The notes beneath the pieces were generated by a model, which worked only from the letters and a program-made list of their open reading frames with translations, made no database searches and was not told the DNA's origin. Below are positions 23,230-36,937 of a DNA stretch of 64,000 nucleotides, in pieces. The stretch's first letter is position 1; each line of letters begins with the position of its first letter. The position numbers were made by a program, and so were the translations under genes. Source of the DNA: Phyllobates terribilis (Eukaryota); the NCBI RefSeq assembly GCF_046119375.1, contig NW_027362765.1, forward strand, positions 16,430,001 through 16,494,000, in the 5' to 3' direction.

Positions 23230-26200
23230 TCAAGAATCTTGGTTATGAAAAAATGCTTTAACTTCCGGCCATGCAGACCACCGTTGTTGGGTCTTATCTT
23301 TTTTTGAAACGTCCCATGACAGAATCATTTCATAGGAATTATATAAATCGACTCTCCACCAGATGTCATCCGTTGATGGAGCAGAGTGGGATTTCCACTT
23401 AGAGGCAAGGGCTAGTCTGGCCGCAGTTAATATAAAAGAACAGAGCCATCTATTCTTGTACGGGAGGTCGGTAATGCCTATGTTCAGTAAAGCTAATGCT
23501 GGATTCATTGGGATGTCAGTTCCAGCACAGTATGATAACATCTTATATACCTCCTTCCAAAAGCTATTTAATTTAGAGCAAGACCACCAAGAATGCAAGA
23601 GTGTGCCTGTTTCTCTACAATTTTTCCAACATAAAGGGGATGCTCCCTGGGATAGGTGAGCTATACGGTTTGGGGGTAAATACCAACGGAGTTGGATTTT
23701 TTTTTGCAATTTCTAGGTAGTTTATGCATGACGAACCTTTAATGGGCCAAGACAGAGCTAATTGCCACTGTTCATACGTGAACTAAGTGCCCAAATCTGA
23801 TTCCCATTTAACCATGTACGGGAGCTTAGCATTGTCAGAGGGAGAATTGAGATAATTATATGCTACCGAGACACCCCTGGAGAATCCCCTCTTCCCCAAG
23901 ATAAAATGTTGTATTGTGGATGGAGCCAGTCAAGACATAATTGCTGGAGAAGAGGATAAAAAACTCTTCAGTTGAATATAGGAAAAGAGAAGATTGCCGG
24001 GGAGTTGATAAATGGAAGAAAGTTCATCAAACGTTTTGATAGAACTAGCTGAAAACATAAGACTGCAAATTAGGAATGCCATGATCTTCCCAAAGATGGA
24101 ATTGGGAGAATGGGACCACCAAATCAACGCTCCTAAATGAGATATATTTCAACGGAATATGTATAATCCTTTTAAAAATCAACTCTCTCCACATTTTAAG
24201 AGCGTGTATCATTGTAGGGAGAGAACAAGATTGAGACCCCGGGATCAGAAATTCCGCTTCCAATATAAATCTAGTAGAATGAAGTTTAGTGTCCGATTTT
24301 TCCATTTGAACCCAGGAGAGATTGGACTTAGCGTCCCACCACTCTCTAAGAGAATCAATCGTGCATGCTTTATAGTAGAGGTGCATATTCGGTAGTCCAA
24401 AACCTCCCTCTCCCATTCTATAAAACAGCAAAGAGCTCTGGAATCTGTTTTTTTTGCCACCCCAAATAAAACGAAATAGTAGAGCTTGGATTTCGTCTAG
24501 TTATTTTGTATGGGAAGTGGTATACATCTTAAAAGATATAGAATTTTAGGTAAAAATGTCATTTTACATGTTTGTATACGGGCCATCCAAGAAAATTCTA
24601 AAGTGCTCAGTCTTTTGAGTTCTGGTTTGATAGAATTTAGTAATTCTGAAATATTTTTAGAGACTAAATTTTTAGAGGGGGATACTAGGTGAATTCCCAG
24701 GTAGAGAATTGAGTTTTTAGCCCACGTAAATGGCAGAATTATTTTTAAATCAGAAATTAATCTAGAGGGACAGCCAATCGGGAGGGCCATTGATTTTGTA
24801 GAGTTCAATTTGTAGAGAGATACTTCTGAGAACTGAGAGAGAATGGATAGCAGTGCTCGGAGGGAGGTTTCGGGGTGTGTTACAGAAATAATTACATCAT
24901 CTGCATACAGACCAACTGGGTGGGCTACGGATCCTATTTTTATTCCAGAAATATCTTCACAAGTACGAATCCTCTGCGCCAAGGGCTCCATTATCAATGC
25001 AAAAATTGTAGGTGACAACGGACACCCCTGGCGAGTTCCATTCGAGATGTGAAACCGTTTTGAGCTAAAGCCAGCTGCTAATACTTTCGCACTCGGGGAG
25101 GAATACAATGCCATTATATCCTTTTGTATGTGTCCAATGAACCCAAATTTAGTCAAGACTGCTTGAAGATATCCCCAGTGTACTCGATCAAACGCTTTTT
25201 CTGCGTCCAGCGAAACGAGCACACTGGGGACTTCAGATTTTTCTGCTCTATGGATCAAGTTTAGAACACGTCGAGTGGCATCTCTAGTTTGTCTCCCCGG
25301 TACAAAACCCATTTGATCCGGCGCTATCAGTTGAGGAAGGACCGAATTAATTCTTTGAGCTAGGATCTTAGAGTACAATTTAAGATCACAATTCAGTAGT
25401 GAGATAGGTCAGAAGTTCTCAGGTTTATTTGGGGGTTTGCCTGGTTTTGGAAGGGTAACTATAGTCGCTTCCAAGAATAATGGATTAATTTTACCCTTGA
25501 TTCTCCAGTCCAAAAATAATCGCTGTAAGTACGGGGATAACTGCTCCGAAAGCAGTTTATAAAATTCATTAGCAAAGCCATCTGGCCCTGGAGTGGAATT
25601 TAGAAGCTTTAATTGCACTTATTATTTCTCCAACCTGTATAGGTGAGTTCAAAGATTCAAGTTGGGATTGTGAGATTTTGGGTAAATCAATAGGTTTTAA
25701 AAATTGTTCTATATGTGGAGTCGAGGGATGTCGGATGGCATGATCCGTATTCAGATTATATAACTGAGAGTAATAGTCCGCAAATGTGTTGGCAATTTCT
25801 GTTGGGTCATAAATTTTGTCCCCATTCGGCTGAAGCAAATGGTCAATCCTCCCCTTAGCAGTCAGTTTTATCACTCTACAGGCTAATATGGCGCTTGCTC
25901 TATCCCCCAAAGCATAGTATTTTGCTTTAACACGTTTTAAATTATGCTCATAATTAAATAACAGGAGTTTCCGAAGATCATTTCTGCTTTCTAACAAAGC
26001 GCTATTAATTGCCGGAGTCTTTTGTTTCGGGTTATTTTCCAAGATTTTAATTTTATTTATGACTGATTGCACTTCGCATTCTCTGCGTTTCTTTTCTCGT
26101 GAGGCCAATTTTATACATAAACCTCTCATAAAAGCTTTTCGTGATAGCCATAAAGTCTCGTCGGAAACTTCTCCATTGTCATTAATTTCAAGAAAATGTT

Positions 26201-26988
26201 TCAGTTCCTTAGAGAGATATTCCCTATTATGAGCAGATTTTAACAGAAGTGTTCAAGCACCAAGTAAACGCAGAGGATGGAGCGCCGCCATCAGCGAGTT
26301 CTAATATAATTGGGGCATGATCGGACCAGGTTATTGAACCTATATGTGAGGATTTACATAGTGATAAAGCTGTTCTATTTACTAAGAAATAATCTGTTCG
26401 AGAAAGATATGAAAACCTAGGAGAAAAGAACGTATAGTCCCTTTCGTTGGCATGGTGGTATCTCCAAACATCATGGAGAGCTTCTTCTGCTATAATTCAT
26501 TTTAGATCCTCCCGACCCGTAGCTCGATCCGAGTCCGTGTCTAAATCTCTAGATATAGGGGCGTTGAAGTCTCCACAAATTATCAATGGTCCCTGACAAA
26601 TGGAGTGAATTTTTTTAAGAACTTTAGAGAAGAAAATTTGGGGTTTGTTATTAGGGCTATATAAGGTCACAATCGTGTATTGGGAGTTATTTAGTAGACA
26701 AGATAGGACTGTGTATCTCCCTCTGGGGTCAGTATAAAGGGACAACATGGAATATGATATGGTATGTTTTATGAGTATTGCAACACCCGCTTTTTTATGT
26801 GGAGCATTGGCTTGAATTATTGTGGGGAAGTGAATATTGGATAATCTGGATGCATCTTGGGGAAGCAAATGAGTCTCTTGTAAACAAATAACTTCGCATT
26901 TAGATGACCCTATCTCTTTCCAAAGAAGAGACCTCTTAAAAGGGGAGTTTAAACCCCTCACATTAAAAGATAAGACCTTAATACCCAT
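23230..26988 (-). pseudogene. L1-A ORF2 (APE endonuclease, RT with YADD), multiply frameshifted
   Basis: VLSFNVRGLN, CLQETH, GDFN, LDAEKAFDRV, RQGCPLSP, LYADD spread over several ORF pieces. Confidence 0.92.
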
Positions 26989-27376
26989 GGCGGTGTATCA
27001 AAATTCTCAAATATGATCAGAGGGAAAAACATTTGTACGTCAATACATATTCCTGACATGGAGAAGGATAGAACAGTGCAATTCCGAGCATTTGGAGAAT
27101 AGGGACCCAGAGGGTGAGGGTTAATTAACCAGACATAAACATATCTAACAAAAAGGTAAAATAGAACAAAAAACACACATATGGAACAAATATTCAAATG
27201 ATAGCGAACCATCTGGATATACAGTGGGGGTATTTAAGGGATACGGACACAACAAGGAAGGACAACCGAAGTCATCAGGTCCGCACACCTGTGTCCAGGC
27301 CACAGGAGGAAACAGCAATTACAGAATCGGAAAATAGAGGTGGACTCCTAGAAAAAAAAAAAACAGGTTACAGACC

Positions 27377-28354
27377 TCAACGGTTTACAGTAATCCAATC
27401 AGTTGGAATTTTTTTATATTGTTGCTCTGGGGGAAGAGGTGAGACAAACCCCTCCGGAAGAAGCTTCCATTTGCCAAGTAGTTTTTCTGCATGCCGCGGT
27501 GACAGGCAGACCACCACATCATCATCCTTAATGATTAGCAGTTTGACCGGGTGTCCCCAGCGGTAGGGAATGCCGACGTTTCTTAAAATTGCTGTGTGAG
27601 GAGCAAATTCCTTACGTTTTGCTAAGGTAGCGGCTGATAAATCTTGAAAAATAGTGATCTCTTGAAACGGAGCCGATAGATCTGGTTTATCTCTGATGCC
27701 GCGTAAAAAAATTTCTTTGATGGTAAAAAAGTGAATCCTTGCTAGAGTATCTCTAGGCAGTGAGGGATTTACATGTTTAGGTTTGGGAACCCTGTGAATT
27801 CTGTCCACTACCAACTCAGAGTCAGATGGGTCTGGAAGTACAGACTGCAGCAGGTTGTGAAAAAATTGGGGCAAATCCGAATTTTTAACACTTTCTGGAA
27901 TCCCACGTAGTCTCATGTTATTCCTACGAGATCTGTCCTCTTGGTCCCCCATTATATTTCTGAGATATTCTGAGGAATCTTTTAATTCGTAGTATGCGTC
28001 AACCAGAGAATTGTGAGAGTCCGCAAAATCTACCAGTTTGTCCTCCAACCGTGAGGTACGCTCCTCCAGGTTTCTCACATCTTTTTTCAAGGCACTCACC
28101 ATTTGTTTCATGTCATCTTTTAAAGATTTACGCAGAGCGCTCAGTAACTCTTGCATAATGTTTTTAGTTAACGGAGCATCTGCAGTCCCTGGATCTTCTC
28201 CCATAGTTGAGCTTTCACGGGAGGAGCGACCCGAAGGTGGCGAGGAGTCCCGTTGTGTCTCACTCTGAATGGAAGTAGATTGTGCTGCTCCCCGTGAAAA
28301 AAATTCAGTCAGTTTAGTAGGTGACGCTGTTTTACGAGGTCTGCCTCTGGTCAT
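27377..28354 (-). CDS. L1-A ORF1p (coiled coil plus RRM), open 325-aa frame
   Basis: MTRGRPRK...RSRRNNMRLRGIPES...DRIHRV; no internal stops. Confidence 0.85.
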   Translation of the reverse strand: MTRGRPRKTASPTKLTEFFSRGAAQSTSIQSETQRDSSPPSGRSSRESSTMGEDPGTADAPLTKNIMQELLSALRKSLKDDMKQMVSALKKDVRNLEERTSRLEDKLVDFADSHNSLVDAYYELKDSSEYLRNIMGDQEDRSRRNNMRLRGIPESVKNSDLPQFFHNLLQSVLPDPSDSELVVDRIHRVPKPKHVNPSLPRDTLARIHFFTIKEIFLRGIRDKPDLSAPFQEITIFQDLSAATLAKRKEFAPHTAILRNVGIPYRWGHPVKLLIIKDDDVVVCLSPRHAEKLLGKWKLLPEGFVSPLPPEQQYKKIPTDWITVNR

Positions 28355-29899
28355 TTTTACTTTTATTAATGGGAACAAGATATAGAGTTATTAAGCTTAT
28401 TCTCTATTTTGAAGCATTAGCTTAGCTTCACTGTTCACTTTGAATAGAAATGCGTCGTGTCGCTTTTATAGAGGTCTGTGCAGTAGGAGTCACCTCATCT
28501 TGGGATCAGCATAATGAGGTTAGATACTGGACAAAGCCATGTCACTATATATTGGGAAAAAACTGGGAGTTTTCTGTTTTTCCCAAAAGTTCCAGCAGGT
28601 GGCAGTCTTGCAGTAGGCAACACTGGTGAAGATTCACATAGCAGTAGATTGGGAATTTACACCTGGGAACTATGTTTAGACAGCTTGTTAACTCCCTGTG
28701 GTATGGCAAAATGGCGGCCGTCTTTCTTATATGGAGATGGCGGGAACTTTTGGCGCCAAAAGATGGAGAGGCTTACAGTGCCGTTCCCGGTCAGTGTCCC
28801 GCTCTGCAAGCAAGGAGCAACAGGGGAGAGGAGGTCCAGGGGGCACCAGGGTAATCTCTCCCAAGAGTGGTGATCCTGCTCCCTCACTCCGGGCACGGTG
28901 CACTTCCTCCTCCAGCACCACAAGGCAAAGCGCGGCCTCAGGCTCTCCCACCCCCACCTCCCTCAAGCGAAGGCTCCGTTCTCTATTACCCCAGAGTTCA
29001 GCGGATTGGGTAAGGAGGACCGTAGCCGCGGGGTAGAAGGAGGGGAGAGGAGGGGTAAACTCACAAAGTCTCTTCCGTGATCCGACGGTCCCGCCACTTG
29101 CCACCTTCGGAGGAGCGCTACCACACCAGCAGTTCGGCCGCCGCGGCCCACCGACAGGAGATCTCATTCCTCCTCCACCCCACGCAGGTCTCCGGGTTCG
29201 AGTTCTCAAGCAGGTCACGTTCCTCCACAGCTCCCAGGCAGCGAGATGGGTAAGCAGAGAAGTTGAAATGCAGCCTTCTCTGTGTCCACACGCCGCTTGA
29301 TTCCACTGCGTTCCAGCTTAGATAGGGCCTAGGTTTCTTACGTCCGAACCACTGGGGTCTTTACGTTTTTCCTTCTCTCCTTATCCTTTAGTCTCTTGGC
29401 TCTGTGGGCACGGGACCCCTAAGGAACTTCTCAGGCCCCAAAAAAAAGATTTCCAGTTTGGAATTGTATATATAGATATATATAGCGCATAGGAACAGGT
29501 GTCTGCACGTCCTTTCCTGCCTGTGCCCAGGACACGCCCCCCTTACTTTTCTTTTTTAAATCAAATATTTTTTCATTGTTAAAACTCTTTTTGTAACACA
29601 ACAGCGAAACAAATAAAACAACCCAACCAAAGAAGGGACCCAGTCCCTATTCTGTCCCTCTCCCCACAACACATTGCCTTTTCAAACAAAACCTTTTGAG
29701 TTAAATGTTCCACAGTTCTGTCCACAGCAAATTAACAATCTTGCAGTATGAATAGTCACAATTGTATTAAGGGGTATCTAACTCTTGCTTTGGAGCAGTT
29801 GTATACGTGCCTAAAGCAGTCCAATGTAGGATTTTGCACCTGTCAAGTAATCTATACACCAATCATAGCAGACCAAGTCGAAATCTATGTAGTTCTCTG

Positions 29900-32800
29900 G
29901 ATGCTCGGCTGGAGCCGTCAATCCATGGAGCCCATATTTTTTCAAATTTGGAGATGGCCTTCCTTTTCAAATATATACTTTTTCACAGATTTAATAACCA
30001 ATTAATCTTATTTATAAATTCCGTCACTGTGGGCGCCTGCTCTGATAACCAATGTTGGGCTATTAGTTTCCTAGCCATGTATAACATGCGTGCCACCGCT
30101 ATTTTGCCATGTTCCTCAGTGCTTAGATCTTCTATATATGCCAGTATACATACTAATGGTGAGGGATCTGAATCGACTGAGTATGTTCTATCAATGATCG
30201 TTATTACATCCCTCCAGAAGTTTTCCAGAGCAGGGCAGGTCCACATCATATGAAGCATGTTAGCCGGGGATGTTTTACATCTAGCACATAGGGAGTCTGG
30301 TCGAAGCCCTATATCGTGGAGAAATTAGGGTGTTCTATATCAGGGTTCCCCAACTCCAGTCCTCAAGGCCCACCAACAGGTCATGTTTTCAGGATTTCCT
30401 TAGTATTGCACAGGTGATAATTCCATCATCAGCACAGGCAATAGTTACATCACCTGTGCAATACTAAGGAAATCCTGAAAACATGACCTGTTGGTGGGCC
30501 TTGAGGACTGGAGTTGGGGAACCCTGTTCTATATGACTGGTGTAGCACCTGTAAGTGGGAAAATCTATGGGACTCACTCAAGAGATAACTGGGGAACTCT
30601 TTCCAGTATTTCAGACCACAGCCCCTCTTCAATAGGGCCTATCAAGCCCTCCCATTTTTCTTTTGATCTTATGGGGTGTTTAGCTAATACTAGGTCCAGC
30701 AGACCCCTATAAAGCAATGAGATTAGCCCCCCAGAATTATGTGAGCTAGCCAATCTCTGTATTACAGCATTTTGAGGAACTCCGTTACTTAGGATAAGAC
30801 TCTCTGCCTGATATGCATGTCGTAACTGAAGGTACTTATAAAATTCGGTGTTGGGCAGTCCATATTCATTTTGTATCTGTGAAAACTCCTTGAATGAATC
30901 TCCCGCTAAAACATGAGTGAATCTTTCTAGTCCTTTTAGACTCCAATTTTTAAACCCTTCCAATTTATATAGGTTAGGGAGCAATGGTGTTTCCCACAGT
31001 GATGTAAATTGTGAGATCCCTTGTATCCCCTGTAATTTCCTCACTGCCCACCAAAGTTTGTGTATTAACAGCGTAGTTGGGGTTCTACAAGAGGGTGTCT
31101 TAAATTTGTGAGCCTCCAATGCTCCATAGAGTCTGAGTGATTTAAAATGTGATTGGAGTAGAAGACATTGAGCCCCCCTCCCCCTCCAGGGTCGTCCCAC
31201 CCACGAATGTGCTGGAGCTGAGCTGCCATATAATAAACCCACGGATTTGGGACAGCAAGGCCACCCATTGTTTTATCTCTTTGCAAAGTTTCCAGTTTAA
31301 TTCTTGGAGTTTGTTTTCCCCAGATTAAGTCCCTGAACATGCTGTTTACTTTAAGGAAATAACTCTGGGGAAGCCATATTGGAGAATTATGCAATACATA
31401 TAGCAATTGTGGCATCCAGATCATCTTGACCAAGTTAGTGCGGCCCACCACTGACAGTGGCAATTTAGACCACGTGTCCAGTTTACACTTGAATCTGGCC
31501 AGTATTGGGTTGAGATTTAGTTTCTCATAGTCAGTTGCTTTAGATGTTACATTAATACCCAAATATTTAAATTCATTGACCACTTGTAAGCCTGAGTCAG
31601 TATAGTGAGGTGCATTAATGTTCCCATTATCTATTGGAAGCAGTACCAACTTAGTACAATTAATCAGCAAACCCGAAAATTTCCCAAACTTCTCGATTGT
31701 CTCCATAGCTACAGATAATGTTTTGGAGGCTTCTGCTAAAAATAGTAGTGCATCGTCAGCATAAAGCGCAATTTTCTCCTCTATATTCCCTCTGCGAAAT
31801 CCCGTTATGCCAGGGTGCATCCTGATAGCCGCAGCTAGTGGTTCAATGGCCAGTGCAAACAGTAAAGGGGACAACGGGCAGCCCTGCCGGGTGCCCCTCC
31901 CCAGTTCAAAGGCTGAAGTAAGACGCCCATTTACCCTTAATCTTGTCAATGGCCTCTCATATAGTAGCTTGATCCATGAAATAAATGCAGCACCCATACC
32001 AAATTTCTCCAAAACTACCCATAGATATTTCCATTCAACAGAGTCAAATGCTTTAGCAGCGTCTAGCGAGCAAATAACCCTGTCTCCTGCATTGTCCACT
32101 GGCAGCTGAAGATTAAGAAATAGTCTATGGATATTAACGGCTGTAGACCTAGCTGGCATAAAGCCCGATTGATCACTATGTATAACATTAGATATTATGT
32201 TATTTAACCTGGAGGCCAGAACTTTTGCTATTATTTTAATGTCCGTAGGTAGCAGGGATATAGGCCTATAGGATTCGGGAAGCAATGGATCCTTACCCGG
32301 TTTGGGTATCACTACTATAACTGCTTCTCTCATTGAGAGTGGCAGAATGCCTTCCTTGGCTGCCTCCTGGAAGGTGCACAGCAATTGAGGTAGTAATATA
32401 TCCCCAAATTTCTTGTATATTTCCATAGGGAACCCGTCCAACCCTGGTGATTTATTATTGGCCATTGAAGCTGTGGCCATTTGTAACTCCTCTAATTGCA
32501 GGGGACTATTTAAGTATTTTTTTATCTGCTTCAGAGATAGCTGGAAGATCAATCCCCTCCAAATAAGTCAGGATTCGTTCTCTGCTAAACCCTGTTTTGG
32601 TTCTGTATAAGTCCTGATAAAATTCTCTGAAAGTATTTGATATTTGATCTGGCTGATTAACCATTGCACCTTCCTTATTTTTTAAAGCGCCTATAAAGGA
32701 TGTCCCTATTTGAGCCCTTGCAATCATAGACAGTAAATGCCCTGCCTTTTCCCCTTCTTCATAAAAATGTGTTTGGGAAAATAGTCGCTTATTCTTGTCT

Positions 32801-33858
32801 TCTCCCTAATGTGTGTAGAGTATGCCTCCTGCGCCTCTTTCCAGGTCATCAGGTCCTCCTCTGTACCTGATTGGACAAATTTATTTTCCGTGAGTCTAAC
32901 CCTGTCTTGCAAGAATTCCCCAAATTGGTTAGTTTTAGTTTTGGATCTATTTATAGCTGGTATCAGGACTCCCCTCAGACAGACCTTCATAGCGTCCCAT
33001 AGTGAGTTCTGCATCACAGAGCCGTTATTTTCTATAAAATAATTTTGAAGAGCTGATGTAATCAAATTTATGTCTATGATTTGCAACCAAAAGGGATTCC
33101 CGGACCATCTAGTAAGGGTAGCTTCCAATCTAGGCAAAAGGCATAGGCTCATCATCAGGGGTGAGTGGTCCGACAGTACTCTAGGTAAATATTCCACCCT
33201 TTCCACTAAAGGGAGAATGTGTTCTGTTCCCAGTACTAAATCTATGTGGGAGAGGGTGTTATGTGATTTAGAGTAGCAGGAGAATTGTTGTGTTTTGGGA
33301 TATTTAAGACGCCATATATCAGTCAAGGATAACTCTGACAAGAGCTCACCAAACTTAGTTATGGGGGTAGCCTCTGTAGCTGTGTCTGATCTGAATCTAT
33401 CCCAGTATGGGTGTACAATATTGTTAAAATCTCCCATGCATAGCACAGGGACCCCCGGTACTTTGTCTATGAGTGACTGACGCAATTTCCTTCATAATGA
33501 TATTATTATAGGGAAGGGGAATGTAGACTGCCACTAGTAATAATTCTTTGGTGAATATTCTACAATGAATCCCAATGAATCTGCCCTCCTCATCCACCTT
33601 AGCGGATATCAATTCAAAAGGGATAGATCTATGTACTAAAATACTGACGCCCCTCGAGTAACTTGAAAAGGTAGAATGAAAACTATGGCTGATCCATGAA
33701 CGCTTTAGGGCCGCTATATTACTTTTTTCTAGATGCGTTTCCTGCAGACATACCACTGCTGGTGAATTTCCCCGTATATATTCCATGACAGCCGTCCTCT
33801 TTAAGGGGTCTCCCAACCCTCTCACGTTCCAAGAAAGGAATTTTACTTGGTTAGCCAT
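29900..33858 (-). pseudogene. L1-B ORF2
   Basis: FLSWNVRGLG, LDAAKAFDSV, RQGCPLSP, LYADD, C-terminal cysteine-rich region interrupted by a MITE. Confidence 0.9.
30341..30526. mobile_element. 186-bp hAT-type MITE
   Basis: 78-bp perfect inverted arms; 8-bp TSD TTCTATAT (30333-30340, 30527-30534). Confidence 0.93.
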
Positions 33859-35544
33859 TAGGATATAACGCATAGGGGATGGACAGGATACGTATGACAA
33901 GCGTTAACATAACTCCGGTTCCCAAATACAAGGCTATGATAATACCCCCTTTTACATACAAGATCACTGTAATCCATACAGGTGGCAGAACTGCGTAGCA
34001 CAATCTATAAACATACAACTTACAAAAACATACAAACAGAAAAATACCGATCCATCCAGAAAAACCAGATGAATGGGGATACCAGTCCAACTCACATCCG
34101 CACATGAAGCAAGCGAACAACCTACAAAAAGAGAAAAATAAACGTTTCTTGGGAGCCTGCCATTTTAGGATAATAGACAGAATATCCATTTTCCACTGGG
34201 CCGTGGGTAACTTGGTAAGAATTATGACTCCAACAGTCAATCAGATATCTTCTGATGCACATGACTTAAGTTATACGTCTTCATTAAGCGTTGTGGGTTC
34301 TGGCGAAGTAGCTGTTCATTTAGATCAAGCCAGCGGAGTGCTTCCTTGGAATTTTCAAAAAAGGAGGTCGCTCCCAGGGCGGCCACTCTGAGTTTCGCCG
34401 GCTAAAGCATGGAATATGGTATTTGTAGCTGGCGTAGCCGACGTTTCACATCCACAAATTGTGCCCTGCGTTTTGACACTTCAATGGAGTAGTCAGGGAA
34501 AAAGGACACCTTTTGGCCGTTGACGGAGATGTCCCCTTAATCACAAGCTGCTTTAAGGATGTTGTCATGGTCCTTATAGTGGAGCAGCTTCATTAGGACT
34601 GGCCGCAGCGGGGCTCCGGGTAACAGCCGAGTAGGAACTCTGTGCGCCCTTTCCATAGCAAATAGAGGGGTCAGGTGTTCTGCCCCAAACAGGGAGAGCA
34701 GCCATTTCTCAAAATACTCAGTAGGGTTATTGCGCTCGGTTTTTTCAGGGATGCCAATAACCCTTATATTATTCCGCCTGAGTCTGTTCTCCAGATCGTC
34801 AGTTTTAGTTAGCAATGCCAGGATCTGTTGGTCATGTCTGTGATAGTCACTGATAATTTGGGGCTGTTTATCCTCCAAATCACTAATTCTCCCTTCAGCT
34901 GCTGTGGTGCGATCTGTGACTTTCTGCAGCCCCTGTCTCATATAGGAAAGTTCTTCCTTAATCTCACGCATTTGATTACTAAGTGAGGACAGGACAGATC
35001 CATACTGTGCAACAGCCATGAAAATATCCTTAATTGTAGGGTCTTCTGGGTTGAGAGAGTGCTGAAGGGGTTAACCTCTGGCCGAAGCTGCAGGCTGCTA
35101 TCTGAGGTGTCAGTGTTATCTGCATTGTCACATTCTCCTGAAAGAGCAGAGAAGCATTAGCCATCTCCCTCATCTGTGTCTGCACTGTATTACTCAAGGG
35201 GGCTGCTCTGTTTGTCCTAGCATAATTAGCTAGTTTAACTGTAGCGTTCATGGAAGTAGACTTGCCTGGTGCATCTAGGGATGTGGAAAGCTCCGGCCTC
35301 TCGGCGCCATCTTGAGATTGTCTGTCTGCTCCTGCAGTCACCTCACGGAGCCTTCTGCCTGCTTTCCCAGCCATAAAGAAACTCCTCTGTTGAGCACCGA
35401 TGGTTACAGGAGCTCAGAGGGAGATGTTATCTTTGGTTTTATTACTATTTAGGGCCCAGTGGAGACTTTTACAGGCTATTGCTCCTGGAGCTGATCTGTC
35501 CTGCGACCGCTCAGCCAAGCCACGCCCCAGATTTACTTTTCTTT

Positions 35545-35599
35545 AACCTGCATGCCCAGAGTAGAGTTCTGATATTTCCCAGGGGGTGACAGATTCCCT
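35545..35599. mobile_element. End of a T2/Kolobok-like MITE that hosts both L1s (probably continues at 22800-22880)
   Basis: TGACAGATTCCCT|TTAA, i.e. TTAA-AGGG terminus on the minus strand; other end not found. Confidence 0.55.
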
Positions 35600-36009
35600 T
35601 TAATGTGGCTGCCTGTCCCATCTCCTCCTCACCCGATTCCTTCATCCGGAGCCTGTGCACAGGTGCAAGGTAGCTGCTATAAAAAGGCCACCATCACCTG
35701 GTGAGACCTGTGCTTCTGTGCGGGCAAATCGCTCCAGCATGGCCACCACTTCCATCTTCCTCATCTCCCCTGCTTAATCTGTCTTCAGAGTGACGACCGC
35801 AGTGTCATCTTGGAGCCGAGGACCAGCTTATACCACTGTCTTTCTCTGGCTTTTCCAGGTCATTTTTTCCCGCTGAGCAAAGTACCTCCACACTCAGCAA
35901 GATATCTGGCATATGTATGGCGATTTTCAGGATGATCTTCAGGTCCTACATTGGATAAATAGCTAAATGCTTGGCAGCAGATCCTCCATCTGCTTGTCCT
36001 CACATTACA

Positions 36010-36757
36010 TCAAGGTGGTTGCCTTCTAACTTGGTCTCCAGGGTGGATATACAAAGTACTGCTGCTTTCTGTGTGAGTGGGAGAGTCATGCAAGAGAATA
36101 TCACTATAATAATAGAGACTGGCCTCTGTGACATTCACTTCACCAAGGGAATAAAAATGTCCTGCATCAAGCACTTGATCCACATAAAATTGTGTTAAAA
36201 CCATTGCATATCAAGTTGGGCCTAATGAAGAACTGTGTAAAGGCAATAGATAAAAATGTAAAAGCATTCAAGTATCTCATTGATACATTTACAAGGTTAA
36301 GTGAAGCAAAGATAAAGGAAGGAGTCTTTATTGGACCTCAGATTTTAAGCTTCTTCAAAATTAGTTTCTCCGTTTGTTGCAGGGCAAAGAAAAGGCTGCA
36401 TGAGTAGCATTCGCATTAGTGGTAACTAATTTTTTGGGAAACTCAAGAGCAGATGCCTATAAAGAGTTGGTGGAAAATTTCTTCAAAACTTATAAGGATA
36501 TTGGCTGTAACATGACCTTAAAGATTAATTTCTTATATTCACATCTAGACTCTTTTCCACCAAACTGCGGCACTTTGAGTAACAAGCACGGTGAGATTTC
36601 ACCAAGATATTGCGGCTATGGAGAAAAGATATCAAGGAAAATGGAATCCATCAATGCTTGCAGATTAGTGTCATGCAATTTTAAGACAAGATCTGTTGCA
36701 GGAGTACAAGAGACAAGCGAAAAAGAGTTGGCACTGAATGAGGACCACATTTTGTAG
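36010..36757 (+). pseudogene. Chapaev3-like (CMC) transposase C-terminal fragment, frameshifted
   Basis: LGLQGGYTKYCCFLCEW, PLHIKLGLMKN, EAKIKEGVFIGPQI, VTNFLGN, YSHLDSFPPNCG. Confidence 0.75.
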
Positions 36758-36937
36758 TGCAATTTCTGTAACTTTATAATTTGCAATAGTGTTTAGACAG
36801 GTTTTAGTGATTTCAATTGTTGCTCAGTTTTCTCTAAATAAAGAACAGAAAATTGGCAAAACAAAATATTCTGTATCTTTATATTTGCAAAAATAATGTT
36901 TCAAAGTATTGAAAGTTTTATGCACTAATTATATGTA

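Larger units (their letters stand above)
22896..29542 (-). mobile_element. Full-length L1 retrotransposon A
   Basis: 5' end GGGGGGCGTG at 29542, about 1.2-kb 5' UTR, ORF1, ORF2 (EN-RT), AATAAA plus short A tail, TSD TTACTTTTCTTT. Confidence 0.92.
29555..35528 (-). mobile_element. Full-length L1 retrotransposon B (different family from A), both ORFs frameshifted
   Basis: 5' end GGGGCGTGG at 35528; ORF1 pieces about 34310-35374 (RRNNIRVIGIPE); ORF2 33858->about 29900; TSD GATTTACTTTTCTTT. Confidence 0.92.
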
